Assembly: GCF_009914755.1 (NCBI RefSeq)
Contig: NC_060933.1
Source of the DNA: the human T2T-CHM13v2.0 reference genome, Homo sapiens
Length of the DNA: 64,000 nucleotides
Direction: 5' to 3' (one strand)
Every line of letters begins with the position of its first letter. The stretch's first letter is position 1. The position numbers and the translations under genes were made by a program. Below, piece after piece: positions 16,084 to 32,602 of the stretch. The notes below the pieces were generated by a model. It did not search any database. It had not been told where the DNA came from and worked only from the letters and a program-made list of their open reading frames with translations.

Positions 16084-17599
16084 CAACATTCATGAACATG
16101 GTTTAATTACATGTAAAGGCTGCTACAAATGGAAGAAAGCACAGTGTCGACTCAGATTTGAGATTCTTTTCACACTGTGGTGGCAGGAAGCAAAAGCTGG
16201 GGATTTCATAAAGCAGACTTTGCACTGGAAGAGCTTTAAAAATAGCTCAGCAAATCCTGCTACACACACTGAACTTTTATAACACCATCATTTAAAAGGG
16301 TGGTCATTCTGGGTTTTTGCAAAGTTACTAGACAAAAAAAAGTCACTAAAGTCATTTTTAAAAGTCACTTAAAAATCCTCTATAAATAGATAAGTAGGTT
16401 ATCTTCCATACAATTTCACATTTTGGGGGAAACTTTTCAAAAATGTCATCATCTGGATTATTTTACTTGTAAATAGACCTTTATTTTTGAATATATACAT
16501 ATATTCAGATTTAATTTTATATTTTGAGCTTTTTTTCTTTTCTCTTTTTGACTTTTGGAATCTCTTATCTTCCTGCTACTTTCATTAGTTATTACTCCCA
16601 CTCCAGGGGAATCCATTTTAATAACCTAATCTGTATCTTTTCATATATTACTTATGCTCACATAATTCTATTTAATCATATACTTATATATACACATCTA
16701 TACATTGTCAGAACAACTTTTTTTGGTTCTAGTTTAGCAAGAAGAGGTTCACATTATTTATGCTTTTCTGTGCCCTGCTTTTCTCAACCCCTCATGGAAA
16801 TCTCTCCAAGTTGACTGGGATCGCTCTAACTCATTCTTGTAAAACAGCTGCATAATATTCCATATTCTTCCCGTTGATAGAAAATGCTGTCTTCCTGTGG
16901 GCCACTAGAGAGCACCACTGAAGCAGTGTCAAGTTAAGCAGAGTCTCATTTGGGGTAGAAATTTGGAGACATATTTGTTATTAAATTTAACCCTTCATCC
17001 TCACTGTTCTGATCAAGATTTTGTTCGTTCTCAGCTGAAGATGCAGAATTGTTCCTGACTTCTACACAAGCCTATGCTCAATGAGGGAACTCAGAACTCT
17101 CTAGCTTTCTCCAAGTATATCTTACCTACTATTTCAGCCCCAGTGAGATGATAACAGGCTTCCCAGGGTTGCCTGTTCAGATTCTCCACAGTTGTTCACA
17201 GACCCAGAGGAAAAAGTCTCTGCAGAAATATTATGATTGGCATGACAAACAAGAATAGCCCCTATCAAAGCTGTAACTTCTACTGTAATTCATAGAGGAC
17301 AAAAAAATTCCAGTAAACAGGCTGAGAACTTGACACATGTTACCTCCCTTGATATTCACAGCAACCTTTGAAGTAAGCACACTTGTTACCCCATTATAAA
17401 GATGAAGTGTGTGGTATCTCTATACACACATGATAAGACACACATCCAGATGCAGACCCTTACAAGATACCTCGGGTGTTTCCTCATGCCCATCTAGTAA
17501 GTCCGTCACTGTGTGGCCCTTCCTGCATCTCCATCTTCAACCCTTGGCACCATCTGTCTCCATCCAAATTCAATCCAAATTCCCTAGTTTTTCAAAAAC

Positions 17600-17950
17600 T
17601 ACAGAGTTCTTAGAGCTTTGCATTTGCTATTCCCCTGTCCTATGTGCTCGGCTCCCTTCCTCAGAGTATCACCCTGACCCCAACCAACCCTTTATCTGCA
17701 AGGCAAATTCCTCTTTGTTAAAGAAGTCAGCTTACATTTTGCCATCTGCGGAGCTTCCCCGGGTAAACTAAATATTCCTTGTACTTTAACATAATGGAAA
17801 AAGTTGCTTACTTATCTAATTTCTCTACTAGAAAAAAGTTCTAAAGCTGAGACTTACTGGTATTAGTCTCTCTGTACCTGGCACAGTGGTTGGTACATGG
17901 CAGATGTTTGATGTACATTCAGAAATGAAAAACTGACTGAGTGAATGAGC
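17600..17950 (+). mobile_element. L2 fragment
   Basis: cctggcacagtggttggtacatggcagatgtttg...gactgagtgaatgag, similar to the L2 3' end. Confidence 0.65.
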
Positions 17951-18498
17951 TGTGAGGGCTCTCTCTGAAAGAACCAGGGTCAACTTCAATTCTTAGCAGC
18001 ATTAAATAAATAAATAAAAGCCAACAGACTTGGGTCCCTTTTTTTCAGAGATTTCTGTGACAAATGCATTTACCAAGCCAATCTGTAGCAAATGAAGAGT
18101 CCCTGGCTTTTGTTCTGCAGCTGAGCCTGCAGCACTACTTTGCCTGTGGATCTGGACAGCTGAAATTGAAGAAAGAGCAAGGGTGTCAGGCCATTCATAT
18201 ATGCCCAGGATCTGCTATTAGTTGCTGCTGAGAGAAGATAAGGTTCAATTTTTTTATTAGAGTGGAAGTACTTCAGGCTCCAGAATTATACAGCAGCCAC
18301 TGGGGTGACAAAGAGAGAAAACTCACCTTTTATCCAAAAAATGTGTGGTAAAAGTATACGTGAGTTTTCTCATCAAAAACACACACAGGGACTGTTTGGC
18401 TTGGTTGGGCTTCCTTATCATTTCCTCTTGCTAAAGACAGATCAGTGCTCCTGGGGAAATAATTGAAGGCCCAGTGCAAAAGTCACTGGGCCCACAAT

Positions 18499-18535
18499 TA
18501 CTAACGTTACTACTTATGTGTTGTTTTCTTTCCAG
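18499..18535 (+). other. Strong candidate 3' splice site (branch point, polypyrimidine tract, CAG)
   Basis: TACTAAC at 18499-18505, then tgttgttttctttccAG ending at 18535. Confidence 0.4.
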
Positions 18536-19391
18536 CAAACTCCAGATGTTGCTAAGGAGAATGCCCCATCATTACATCTATTGACCAGAGCAGTGCTCTT
18601 TGCTGCCCAACAACACGACATTCTCTGGAAGCTCATTCTAATGAGAAACTGGGTTATTGTGGACTTCTTCACCAAGGAACACAGTCGAGGTGCTATAGCC
18701 CAGGTAGAACTTGCAGCTACAAATGCATATATTCAGGGTTACTGTGAGATTTTTGGAGAAGTTTTCCTCTCTCTCACAGAAGTTGGCTTTCTGCTTTATA
18801 TATTGGATGTTTCCAATCTAATCAAACAGAAATACATGTAAAGTATTTTTCTTCTTCATGCCCCCAAATTTTAAACACATTTTTAATATAACAGGATCAG
18901 AGATTTGGATGGGGGCCCTAAACTTTCTCGGCTCCTTGCAGGGAGAACTCTACTTAACTCATCCCTGGAAGCAAACTGCCCACCCTGTTCTCAGAAATAC
19001 CTCAAGGAGACTTGGGACCGCCTGTGCATCCTGCTATCTCTTAGCACAGTTTGCTTCCTTGAGGCCCAAATACCATTGTCTCCATTTCCTCTACTGCTCA
19101 AGTAGAAGCTTAGCTTTTCCATTACTTTCATTTCCTCTGCCGCCCAAGTAAGAGCTCAGTTTTTTTCCATTGTCTCCAGAGTCTATAGAGCTGTTTTGTG
19201 CCTCTATATCCTTGCACATACAATTCCATCTGCCTGGAAATCTCTTTACCCTTTCTCACAGTAAGAAATTCTGTTTATTCTCCAACACTCAGATCCTTGG
19301 CAAATAGCCCTCTCATCTCCATATTCTGCTGCTCTTTAATCTAAGATATTAATTACTAGCCCCTGATACTAGCAACAGCTCTTCTGAAACT

Positions 19392-19545
19392 ACATTATTC
19401 AAACTGTGGTCCTTAGACCACAGCAGCAGGAGATTAAAAATGAGAATTCATGGGCCATACTCCTGAACTACTGAATTATTATATCCTAAAATGGGGTCTG
19501 GGAATATGGGTTTTAACAGGCTTACGAATCTTTGAGAAGCCCTAC
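19392..19545. mobile_element. MER5A-like hAT MITE
   Basis: ttcaaactgtggtcc...cagcagc...ttttaacagg...tttgagaagc. Confidence 0.7.
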
Positions 19546-20100
19546 TATGCAATAATTTAATCTCAGATAACCTTTGGCATTGGTGGATTTAACACTCTTA
19601 ACAGATGAAAAGGATCATGATAAGTAGTTATTATTTTACTGAATAAAATTGGAACAGAATTCTGAGACAGTCATTAGTGAAAAAGAATCTATGTGACAGC
19701 CCAGACTCTACATCTCACTGAGATTATTGCTCTTCATTTTTGATTACAGACCTATTTTGGAAGAAAATTATTTGGCAAACTTGAAAACCCACAGATATCT
19801 CCCTTGAAAATGTCAAAGGTCAATGCTTTTGCCTTTTGCACATTATTTCGGAACCATTCCTTTGCATGTTTGTCTCTTAATAGCCATAAAGACTAGACCC
19901 ATCTCTCTTTCATCTTGGAATCCCAGGACCGAGCACAGGCCCTGACACATAGTGATAATTTAATATGTTAACAGGAAAAAAAATGCAGGAATGAATGTCC
20001 ACAACAGAGCATTTCTTTCTGAAAACTCACTGCCTATTTTTGACAATACAGCCATCAGACTCAGTTTTGGTTTAGTCTCTGCAAATAGTTTTGGCATCTG

Positions 20101-20272
20101 CCAATGTTTCTCAAAGTGTGTTCTCTGGACCAAATGGCCATCAGCATCATCCTGGGTATATATCCTGCGCAGATTCATAGACGCACCCTATAATATTGAA
20201 TCTGAATCTCCAGTTTTGGGTATACAGAAATCTCAGTGATTTTTATGTAAACAATGTTAAAGAACCACTGGA
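20101..20272. mobile_element. MER5-like hAT MITE
   Basis: TIR-like ends caatgtttctcaaa / aagaaccactg; cagcatcatcctggg. Confidence 0.7.
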
Positions 20273-20809
20273 TTATATGATTATTCCAATTTAAGGCACT
20301 CTAAAATTGGTCACTAACCAAAAAATAAGAAAAAAATCCCCAACTAGATGGCTTATCATCTAAATTCAGTAAGGGAGAAGTCCTAATGAAGTAGAGAAGA
20401 AAGCAAAGATCCCATGGAGAAATTTCATTATGCAAAGATTCCAGACAATCCCATGAGTTTCACTGCATGTTTAGATTGAGATTCATATCTTTGTCAATAG
20501 CTGCTTTGGGAAGTGGGAAAAGAGTTTAAGAAGTTTTTTTGCTAAGCTACTCCTTACATAAGAAGCCAGTGAAATATACTCCCAGGAATTCAAATCAAGG
20601 GAAGGAAAGCAAGTGGAGGAAGTAGAGGAGTTGGTTTTGGTTTTTGTTGTTGCTTTTACAGGAAAAAGAACTAAACATAGAGCTATATATTCTTCCCAAG
20701 ACCACTTCTCTCAAAAGAGCCTGATGCAAAGGCCCAGTAGACACCAAATCACCATGGTGTGCCTTCAAGGGGTTCAAAATGAGGTATCTATTTCACGAGA
20801 GTTCTTTAA

Positions 20810-22087
<1,278 letters not shown>

Positions 22088-22489
22088 ATTCAAAGATGGA
22101 GAACTGAGCATTTTAGGACCAAGGAAAACGATATGCAACTTAGCAAGCTGGATTTGTCTCGGGCTTTTACCAGCCCAAATTTTGCTCAGAGAAGGGGCAT
22201 GTATGTTACTTGGCATGACATGACCAGGTCATTATGGGCATCAACCATCATGCCATGCTGAAAGCGATAATGCAATGGGCTCTCCCACTCTGAACCTAAG
22301 GCAGATGCCATTTTTACCTCTCGACATAAAGTAATATAGAGCATGGGGATGACCTCAACTAGGAACACTACTGAATCCTCAAGGCAAAATGATGGCGTCT
22401 GAAGAAACATAAAAGCATACACAATTTTCCCTTTGTTAGAGTCAGGTCAGATTCTACCTTTTATTTTTCATTCATCTCAATAGACATTT

Positions 22490-23108
<619 letters not shown>

Positions 23109-23794
23109 GTCAGGCACTGTGCTACAGCTCAAGGATGAAATATAGGGGTCCCAGGCCCAAAGAGTTCACAGACTGGTCAGAAAGACTACACATAAATGCA
23201 TGAATTGCAATAGAAAATAGTAGGGGCTTTAGGGGAGGGATAACAAAGGGCTTCAGGATCATACAGGATAGGACTGAGCCTTAGTCTAGTCCGTCTGGTT
23301 TCTATGTCCGCTGTGTGCTCACTGCTGACTATTAAACTGAAGGACCGATAGGATAAACCAGCTACTTTCCAAAACTGGTCAAATGAAAAAACACTGGGCT
23401 CTAGGTAAGGTCGGAGTGCCCTCTACTGAAGCAGGAAGATGGAATTAGAAGACAAACTAGTCTGAGTAGAAAAACATTAAAATATTCTTTCTATCCTTTT
23501 CTTTGTAGAAATGAATAAAGATCCACCTCTTATAACAATAGCCATCTTAAGTCTAGTAGATTGTGCTTATTGGATGGAAAACAATAGGAGGGCAGGAGAA
23601 TAGCAAGCAGATGTGAACATCACAGTGGCAAAACAAGTTTAGGATAACTAGCATATAAACACTTTCCAGGTTGATTTGGGGGCTATCAAAATCAAAGGTG
23701 TGTTAGCCTGGGACCTTATTGTAGAAGGAACTGGAGCCTCAACTCCTGACGAGCAATCATGCGCTTTCACTCTCCCTATTCCCACATTTTATGT

Positions 23795-24640
23795 AAATAA
23801 AAAGAAATCCAGCCCTAAAAAGACATGGAGGAAACCTAAATGCATATCTAAGTGAAAGAAGCCAGTCTGAAAAGACTACATACTGCATAATTCCAACTAT
23901 ATAATGCTCGGAAAAAGTCAAAACGATGGAGATAGTAAAAAGGCTGATAGCTGCTGGGGGTTAGAGGGGCTGGAAGCATGAATAGGCAGAGCACGGAGGA
24001 TTTTTAGGGCAGGGAATCTACTCTGTATGGTAGTATAATGGTGAATACATGTCATTACACATTTGTCCAAACTCATGGAATGTACAACACCAAGAGTGAA
24101 CCCTAATGCAAACTATGGACTTTGGGTGATGATATGTCAAAGGATTGAATTTGATTTTTTTTAAAAGAAATTCTGGCTAATTCCATCATCAGGGCAAGTC
24201 TCAGAAGGTAAAAGAAGATCATAAAAAGGCAATATGTAAATTGAACATTGTATCTGTAAGCACATGGCCCGTCAGTGGGGCAGGGCACTCCCAGGCTGGT
24301 GGGGGTGGGCCCTCAAGCAAGCCACTTCTTTCTTTGCTGTTTTACTTCAGTCTGAATGTCAGTTTGAGTTCTACGGTTTAAGATCTATGTTAAAAATAAG
24401 TTAGTTATGATTACAATCATTGCTACTTTTGAGTGAATGCTGAAATTTCCACTAAATCAATCAGAATTTAACCAGTTTCTGGAAAATGTAATGATAGGTA
24501 GGTTCATCGATTGTAACAAATGCACCCCGCTGGTGCAGAATGTTGATAGTAGGGAAGACTGTGCATGTGTGAAGGTGAACTTTCTGCTTGATTTTGTTGT
24601 GAACCTAAAGCAGCTCTGAAAAAAAATAAGATCTTTTAAA
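23795..24640 (+). mobile_element. L1MB/MC-type 3' end fragment, interrupted at 24141-24497
   Basis: Same 3' UTR motifs as the L1 at 1085-1738 (gacatggaggaaac, aaactatggactttgggt, gtgaacctaaa); consensus atgtcaa|gtaggttcat is split by the insert. Confidence 0.88.
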
Positions 24641-24718
24641 AAATTTTTAAAGAAATTCAGGCTAATTCCTTCATAAGGGCAGGTCTCAGAAGGCAAAAGA
24701 AGATCATAAAAAGGTAAT
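24164..24718 (+). repeat. 70-bp direct repeat (24164-24233 and 24649-24718; 64/70 identical)
   Basis: Manual ungapped alignment. Confidence 0.95.
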
Positions 24719-25121
24719 TTGTCTTGCCATCTAAAGCGACTGTAGATAAGAAGAGAGAATGTGTGAAGGACAGATGACATGGTAGTATGAGCCTCAAAGA
24801 AAGCCTCCTTATTTACTTCCTCTTGCTCAACCTCCCTATCAAACAGCAAGCTACAGAGACAATATCATTACATATGCCAGAAATTGGTTAAATTCTGATT
24901 GACTTAGTGGAAATTTCAGCATTCACTCAAAAGTAGCAATGATTGTAATCATAACTAACTTATTTTTAACACAGATCTTAAACTGTAGAATTCAAATTTA
25001 CATTCAGATTGAAGTATGACACCAAAGAGAGAAGTGACTTGTCTAAGGGTCCACCTCCGACAGCCTGGGAGTGCCGCCGCACTGACTGGCAATGTGCTTA
25101 CGGATCAGTGTTCATTTACGT
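24234..25121. repeat. ~260-bp inverted repeat (24234-24496 vs 24863-25121) with a 366-nt spacer and a perfect 68-bp core
   Basis: 24388-24455 is the exact reverse complement of 24904-24971; the outer arm is more diverged. Confidence 0.97.
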
Positions 25122-26317
25122 TATGCAACAGAAAAGACAGAGGCTTCTAAAACTGAAGGTTCTGCCATAAGTGACTCTTGAGCAAATGAGATATTTTATA
25201 GCAGCAATTGGGGCTGCTTTTTTTTTTCAAACCAGGACATATGCTAAATGTGGATAACTGTCCTTTAGGTTAGATTATTTGGTCTGAAGTCCTTTTTCCA
25301 CCTTGAATTAGCTTCCAAAAATGGAATCTCATATTTTGAAAGTGTTCTTGATAAGTCTTCAGAAATATCCCAAGAGGAGCACTGTAGTCATTTACTTAAA
25401 TGGCATTTAGAGTAATTAACAGTTTTAGAATTTTTCCTGGCCTCTTTAATTATCCAGTGAGGACTAAATATTTCGTCGCTCCTGCATGATTAACGTGCTA
25501 GTACAGATGAAAAGGTAAGGGGAGGTCTCTGTAGAACAGGTGCTTAATGCCTTACTTGCAATAAACATCCCAGCCACCATGAGTTTGGACATCTGGTAGA
25601 GATTTTGTAGTGATATAACATCTGGAATTTAATTTGCTACATGTAGTAGAAACTCCTTCTATTAAAAAAAAAAAAAAAAAAAAAAACCTCTACTTTATTC
25701 AAAGCAATTTGCAGTCTTATAATCCATTCATACCCCTACCCAGCCCTTTAGAAAAAAAATCTCCACAATGCCTATTGTGAAAATCCTTGAAATTTCTTGG
25801 CTTTGCAAAATGATAACTTAATGCATTTTAAGCAAGGTTATTCCAATTCCTGCTTCCATGTTTCCATCCATTAATGAGCTCTGGCTTTATAATTAAAGTG
25901 ACCTAGTGTGATATTTCAGCTTAATTACTCAATGCTGTCATCTATTTCAGGGCCTGTGAATTCAATAGTATGTATGGAGGCCCAGTAAGAAGTGAGGGAG
26001 GAGAGCAAGCAGAGAGTTCATTTGCATTTATTGAGTTCATTCGTGTTTATGTGCACAGTGTTCTTCTCCTGTGGAAATGGACTTTTGTGACTGCTCTTTT
26101 CACAGTTCAGTAGATTGCTCTCTCCACTGCAAATGGCTGCTAGCAATAAACACCCTTACTTTCATCTGTGAGACCCAATCATTTCCTGGAGATAAAGATG
26201 GCTTAGATTAATGTAAAATACATTCCAAGACATTTCTTGGATGGAGTCAGAATATTTAAAGAAAACCTAACAGGCAGACCTTAGATAAGATGGCTCTTTT
26301 TTGCTCTCTCTCTCTCT

Positions 26318-26354
<37 letters not shown>

Positions 26355-27554
26355 CATCCTCAAATGTGGGGCCAACTGACCTTTGGAAAGCAAGAAGGGG
26401 CTATTAAACGATATCAACCCCTTCTTCAGTCTCAGGGTGGCAGAGCTCCCTCTCTAAGAAAGCAGGTTGCCCACCAGATGAAAGGCTGGAAGTTGATATT
26501 CAGACCCTGAGTGTGCCTTTCACAGTCCTTTCTAAACTTGGCCTATGGTCAGTTTTGTGTGTGATATCAAGCTGATAAGTATTTCTCGGAATGATTTCCT
26601 CCTCCATTGAACCAGATCCTGAAAGGAAACGTTGATTCTGGCTCTTCCCTAAATTGCTCATCCTCAGCATTTCCTACCATCGCTATCATTAAACAAAAAC
26701 TGTCCTCAAATAGTTATGACTGTTACAAACATCTTATGTTCATTTCTTTCAGCGATTTCTCCTTATAATAAATTCTGCTTTTGGATCCAATATATCAAAT
26801 TCAGCCTGCTAAAGCACTTACTATTTTTCTAATAATTGAAACATGAGTTTATTGCCTGTGAAAAACATGTTCAGCCCAGAAAAACACATTCTAATAGTCG
26901 AGACCTTTTGAAATGTAAACATTACATATGGGAAACATTCAATATGGGAACAGTTTAAGTGGGTTTCTCTAAGTCATTACCAGATGATCTTCCAGTAGGC
27001 TCTAGCCTCAAGATAAAATGAAACCTAAAGTTGCCTGAGTAGATTTGTGGTGATCAGCTTTAAATATATTAGACTGGGAACATATGTTTTTTAGGCAAAG
27101 GAATCTTGACGCAGCAAAACCTTTTGACATGACAGAGGAAGGAAATTGATCTGAGTAGCTGTCTGTAGTATGCCATTTGCTGTGATCGGTCTCTCGTCTA
27201 GCCTGATCTCTGGTGTCCCTGTTTGTATTGGAGCCATTTCCTGCCTGATAGTACGTTCCTGTTCGACACACCATGCCTGGGAAAAGGCAGTACCATTTAC
27301 CCCCACCCAGGCACAAGCTGTAAGACGTCATCAGAACCCTCTGTTTCCGTTACTGGGTGTTGGTCATTCTGCAGGGTTTGCATCTTTCTCTATTTACTTC
27401 CTGCCCAGTTAAGGGAAATCAAAAGAAGTGTCCCAAGATTTGGTTTCAAGATGAATTGACAAAGCTCAAAAAAAAAGAAGACAAGGAGGAGGTGAAAACG
27501 TAGTTCAAGGTCCAAGATTTATAATCAGAATTTTGAAGCCTATAGAATTTATCT

Positions 27555-27724
27555 GTTCCTTGCTACTCAAAGTATGGTCCATGGACCAGCAGCACAGGAA
27601 TCATGTGGAAGCTTATTATAAATACAAAACCCCAGACCCCACCCAAGACCTACTGCATCAAAATCTGCATTTTAACAAGATACTCAATTAATTTGTGTGT
27701 GCCCTGAAATTTGAGATATACTGA
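27555..27724. mobile_element. MER5A
   Basis: gctactcaaagtatggtccatggaccagcagc...aatctgcattttaacaagat...tttgaga. Confidence 0.85.
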
Positions 27725-27734
27725 TCCAAGTCAA

Positions 27735-27830
27735 GCCTTTTATTTACAGATAAGGAAACTGAGTCCCAGGTGAAAGGCTTATGCCAAACCACAAAACTAT
27801 TCATCCCAGAGGAGCTGGGACTAGAACTTT
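27735..27830 (-). mobile_element. MIR fragment
   Basis: tttacagataaggaaactgagtcccag...gagctgggactagaac. Confidence 0.75.
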
Positions 27831-27879
27831 AATATGAATACTCTGGCTAGTCTTCTTTCTCTGTATTTGAATGGAAGAC

Positions 27880-28324
27880 ATACAGCTCATGCCCTGGGGA
27901 CAAAATTTCTTCAAATTTGTCATCCTCTTCAACTCACAGATTACACCTCTTCAACTCACAGATTTCTCACTCATCAGAGCTTCTTCACTTCTCTCTTCAT
28001 CCATGTTAGATTCCATTACAATCCTCATCCTGCAAATTTCTGAACTCCCCTTGAACCATCTTCTCATTGTTTCACACACTCTGAGCAGAGCATATCATGA
28101 GTGAGCTCAACCAACCCCTTTCTCCACACCTGCACCCAAACAGCTGAGCAAGGCTGGAGAAATATCATTGAAACATACAGATTGCTGTCACTTTATATTT
28201 ACAATCAGCAATCTCAACTAAGCCCTCAACAGTGTCCACTAATCTTATTATATGTCTACAGTAGTATAGTACATTTTCTACCCTTTCATACTTTTTGCAA
28301 TTTCCTCAAAATTCCCACTACCTA

Positions 28325-28375
<51 letters not shown>

Positions 28376-29130
28376 ACAAAATCTCGTTTTATTACCCAGG
28401 CCAGAGTGCAGTGGTGCTATCACGGCTCACTGCAGCCTTAACCTCCCAGGCTCAAGTGATCCTCCCACCTTAGCCTCCTGAGTAGCTGAGACTACAAGCA
28501 CACACCATCACTCCTGGCTAATTTGGTTTTTTATATATTTTTTTTAGAGACAGGGCCCCTCTATGTTGCCTGGGCTGGTCTCAAACTCATGAGCTCAAGT
28601 GATCCTCTCGCCTTGGCCTACCAAAGTGCTGGGGTTACAGGCGTGAGCCACCACACCCAGCCCACCACCCATTCTCAAGTAATGATTTGTCTCCAATTTC
28701 ACTGAGACAATACAAGTAATCAGCTATTAAACCTTTCAACTTTCTACCACTGGTTCGAAATCTACATACCCGTCTGCACCTGCCCACACCCATATTCTCC
28801 TTTCCCCTCTCTCCCACCTCTTAACACACTAGTTTGCAATGGGCCCTGTGAAACCACCCACTCTCCCCTTCTCAGGAAGGATTCTTGCACTATAGATCAT
28901 TTTTTCTTTTCTGAATATGCCATATGTACACATCCTTGCTTCTGAATCAATCTCATCAGCATTCAGTTATATCCCAGTACCTCTCTTCTTCAACAAGAAG
29001 CAAGGAGGCAAAGCTTTGGAGAGAATTTCCTTAATTTGAATTCTCTCAATTCTCTTCCTCACAGCAGCTTCTTGAAAGAGTGTATTCTCTACACAAATAC
29101 TGTTTACTTTTCATCTTTTATTCACTATTT
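27880..29130 (+). mobile_element. L2 internal fragment interrupted by AluJ
   Basis: C/T-rich L2 ORF2-like sequence (cagctgagcaaggctggagaaa; cttcttgaaagagt). Confidence 0.6.
28328..28662 (-). mobile_element. AluJ with (CT)n microsatellite tail
   Basis: AluJ diagnostics gctcactgcagccttaacctcccaggctcaagtgatcc; (CT)n at 28328-28373. Confidence 0.93.
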
Positions 29131-29473
29131 CTTTACTTTGTTGATTTTATAAAAGTGGCACATGCTCCTTTTTTAAAAATTTAAGCAATAAAATATTTTT
29201 TAATTATGAAAACAGCCCCAGAACTCCCACAACCCAGAGATAATCATCCCTTGTCTCTTTGTAATCTCTCTTTTATATTAATATATGTCAACATGAAGGG
29301 GGATAGATAGAGTAAAAAATATAAAATGGGATATATTCTATATGCTGTGTTTTAAAATGTAAGATTTAATTGTATTTTTTCAAATGCATTTTTCCCCAAA
29401 CCTTATTTATTTTTTATTGTACTTGAATTTAACAACAGAACAAGTTTAGAAAGCAAAATTAAAAGACATTCCT

Positions 29474-29591
29474 GGCCATTTGCAGTGGTGGTTTATGCCT
29501 GTAATCCTAGCGTTTTGGGAGGCCGAGTCAAGCAGATGGTTTGAGCACAGGAGTTTGAGACCAGCATGGGCAACATGTTGAAACCCTGTCC

Positions 29592-29634
<43 letters not shown>

Positions 29635-29819
29635 CCCTACAAAAATTAGCTGGGTGTGGTGGTGCACACCTGTTGTCCCAGCGACTCAGGAGGCTGAGGT
29701 GGGAGGATCACTTGAGCCCAGGAGGTTGAGGCTACAGTAAGCTGAGATCACGCCACTACACTCCATCCTGGGTGAAAGAGTGAGACCTTGTCACCAAAAA
29801 AATTAAATTAAAAAAAAAA
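29474..29819 (+). mobile_element. AluJ with (CA)n in the linker
   Basis: Dimeric Alu; (CA)n at ~29595-29630. Confidence 0.92.
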
Positions 29820-29857
29820 GAATAACTACTTTGAACAATAAGAGAAGTAGTCTTTTA

Positions 29858-30160
29858 ACCTATCAGAAACTCAAAAGAATGCAACATTTGTCTCTCACTT
29901 ACCTGTGGCCTGGAAGCCCCCGGGATGACTGGAGAGGGGGTGGGTGGCTTGTTTTGAGTTGTCTCCACCCTTCTGGATGGAGTTAATGTACTTCTTACAT
30001 ATATTGATTGATGTCACATGTCTCCCTAAAATGTATGGAACCAAGCTGTGCCCCGACCATCTTGGGTACATGTTGTCAGGACTTCCTGAGGCTGTGTCAC
30101 GGGCACGTCCTCAACCTTGGCAAAATAACCTTTCTAAATTAACTGAAAAAAAAAAAAGGA
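29858..30160 (+). mobile_element. MER4A-type LTR 3' portion ending in poly(A); L1-mediated retrocopy
   Basis: Colinear with 44242-44507 of the intact LTR but stops ~17 nt after the poly(A) signal in A12; 13-bp TSD aagtagtctttta / aattagtctttta. Confidence 0.85.
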
Positions 30161-30344
30161 AAATTAGTCTTTTATAATTGCCTTCACATTCTTAGTTTTA
30201 TAGCTTATCTTGTTATTTTAACTGTATCAAAGTTTTTAATACTTATAATCTGTTTTGTAATTATCATCCTTCAAGTATTGTGTTCTAGTTCTCTATTTAA
30301 ATATATCTAATCCTCAACACTGATTATTTTTACTGTAGGTTTTC

Positions 30345-32580
<2,236 letters not shown>

Positions 32581-32602
32581 TGAAATAGAAGAACTGGTAG
32601 GG

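Noticed and set aside
25665-26352. Isolated A-run (~25665-25686) and T-run (~26319-26352)
   Set aside because: No clear flanking TSD found, so retrotransposition could not be supported; treated as simple repeats
27924-27964. 19-bp direct repeat with period 22; similar at 30681-30729 (period 30) and (TTGATCAA)x3 at ~7960-7990
   Set aside because: Two- or three-copy local slippage duplications inside old repeats; not CRISPR-like arrays and no spacer series
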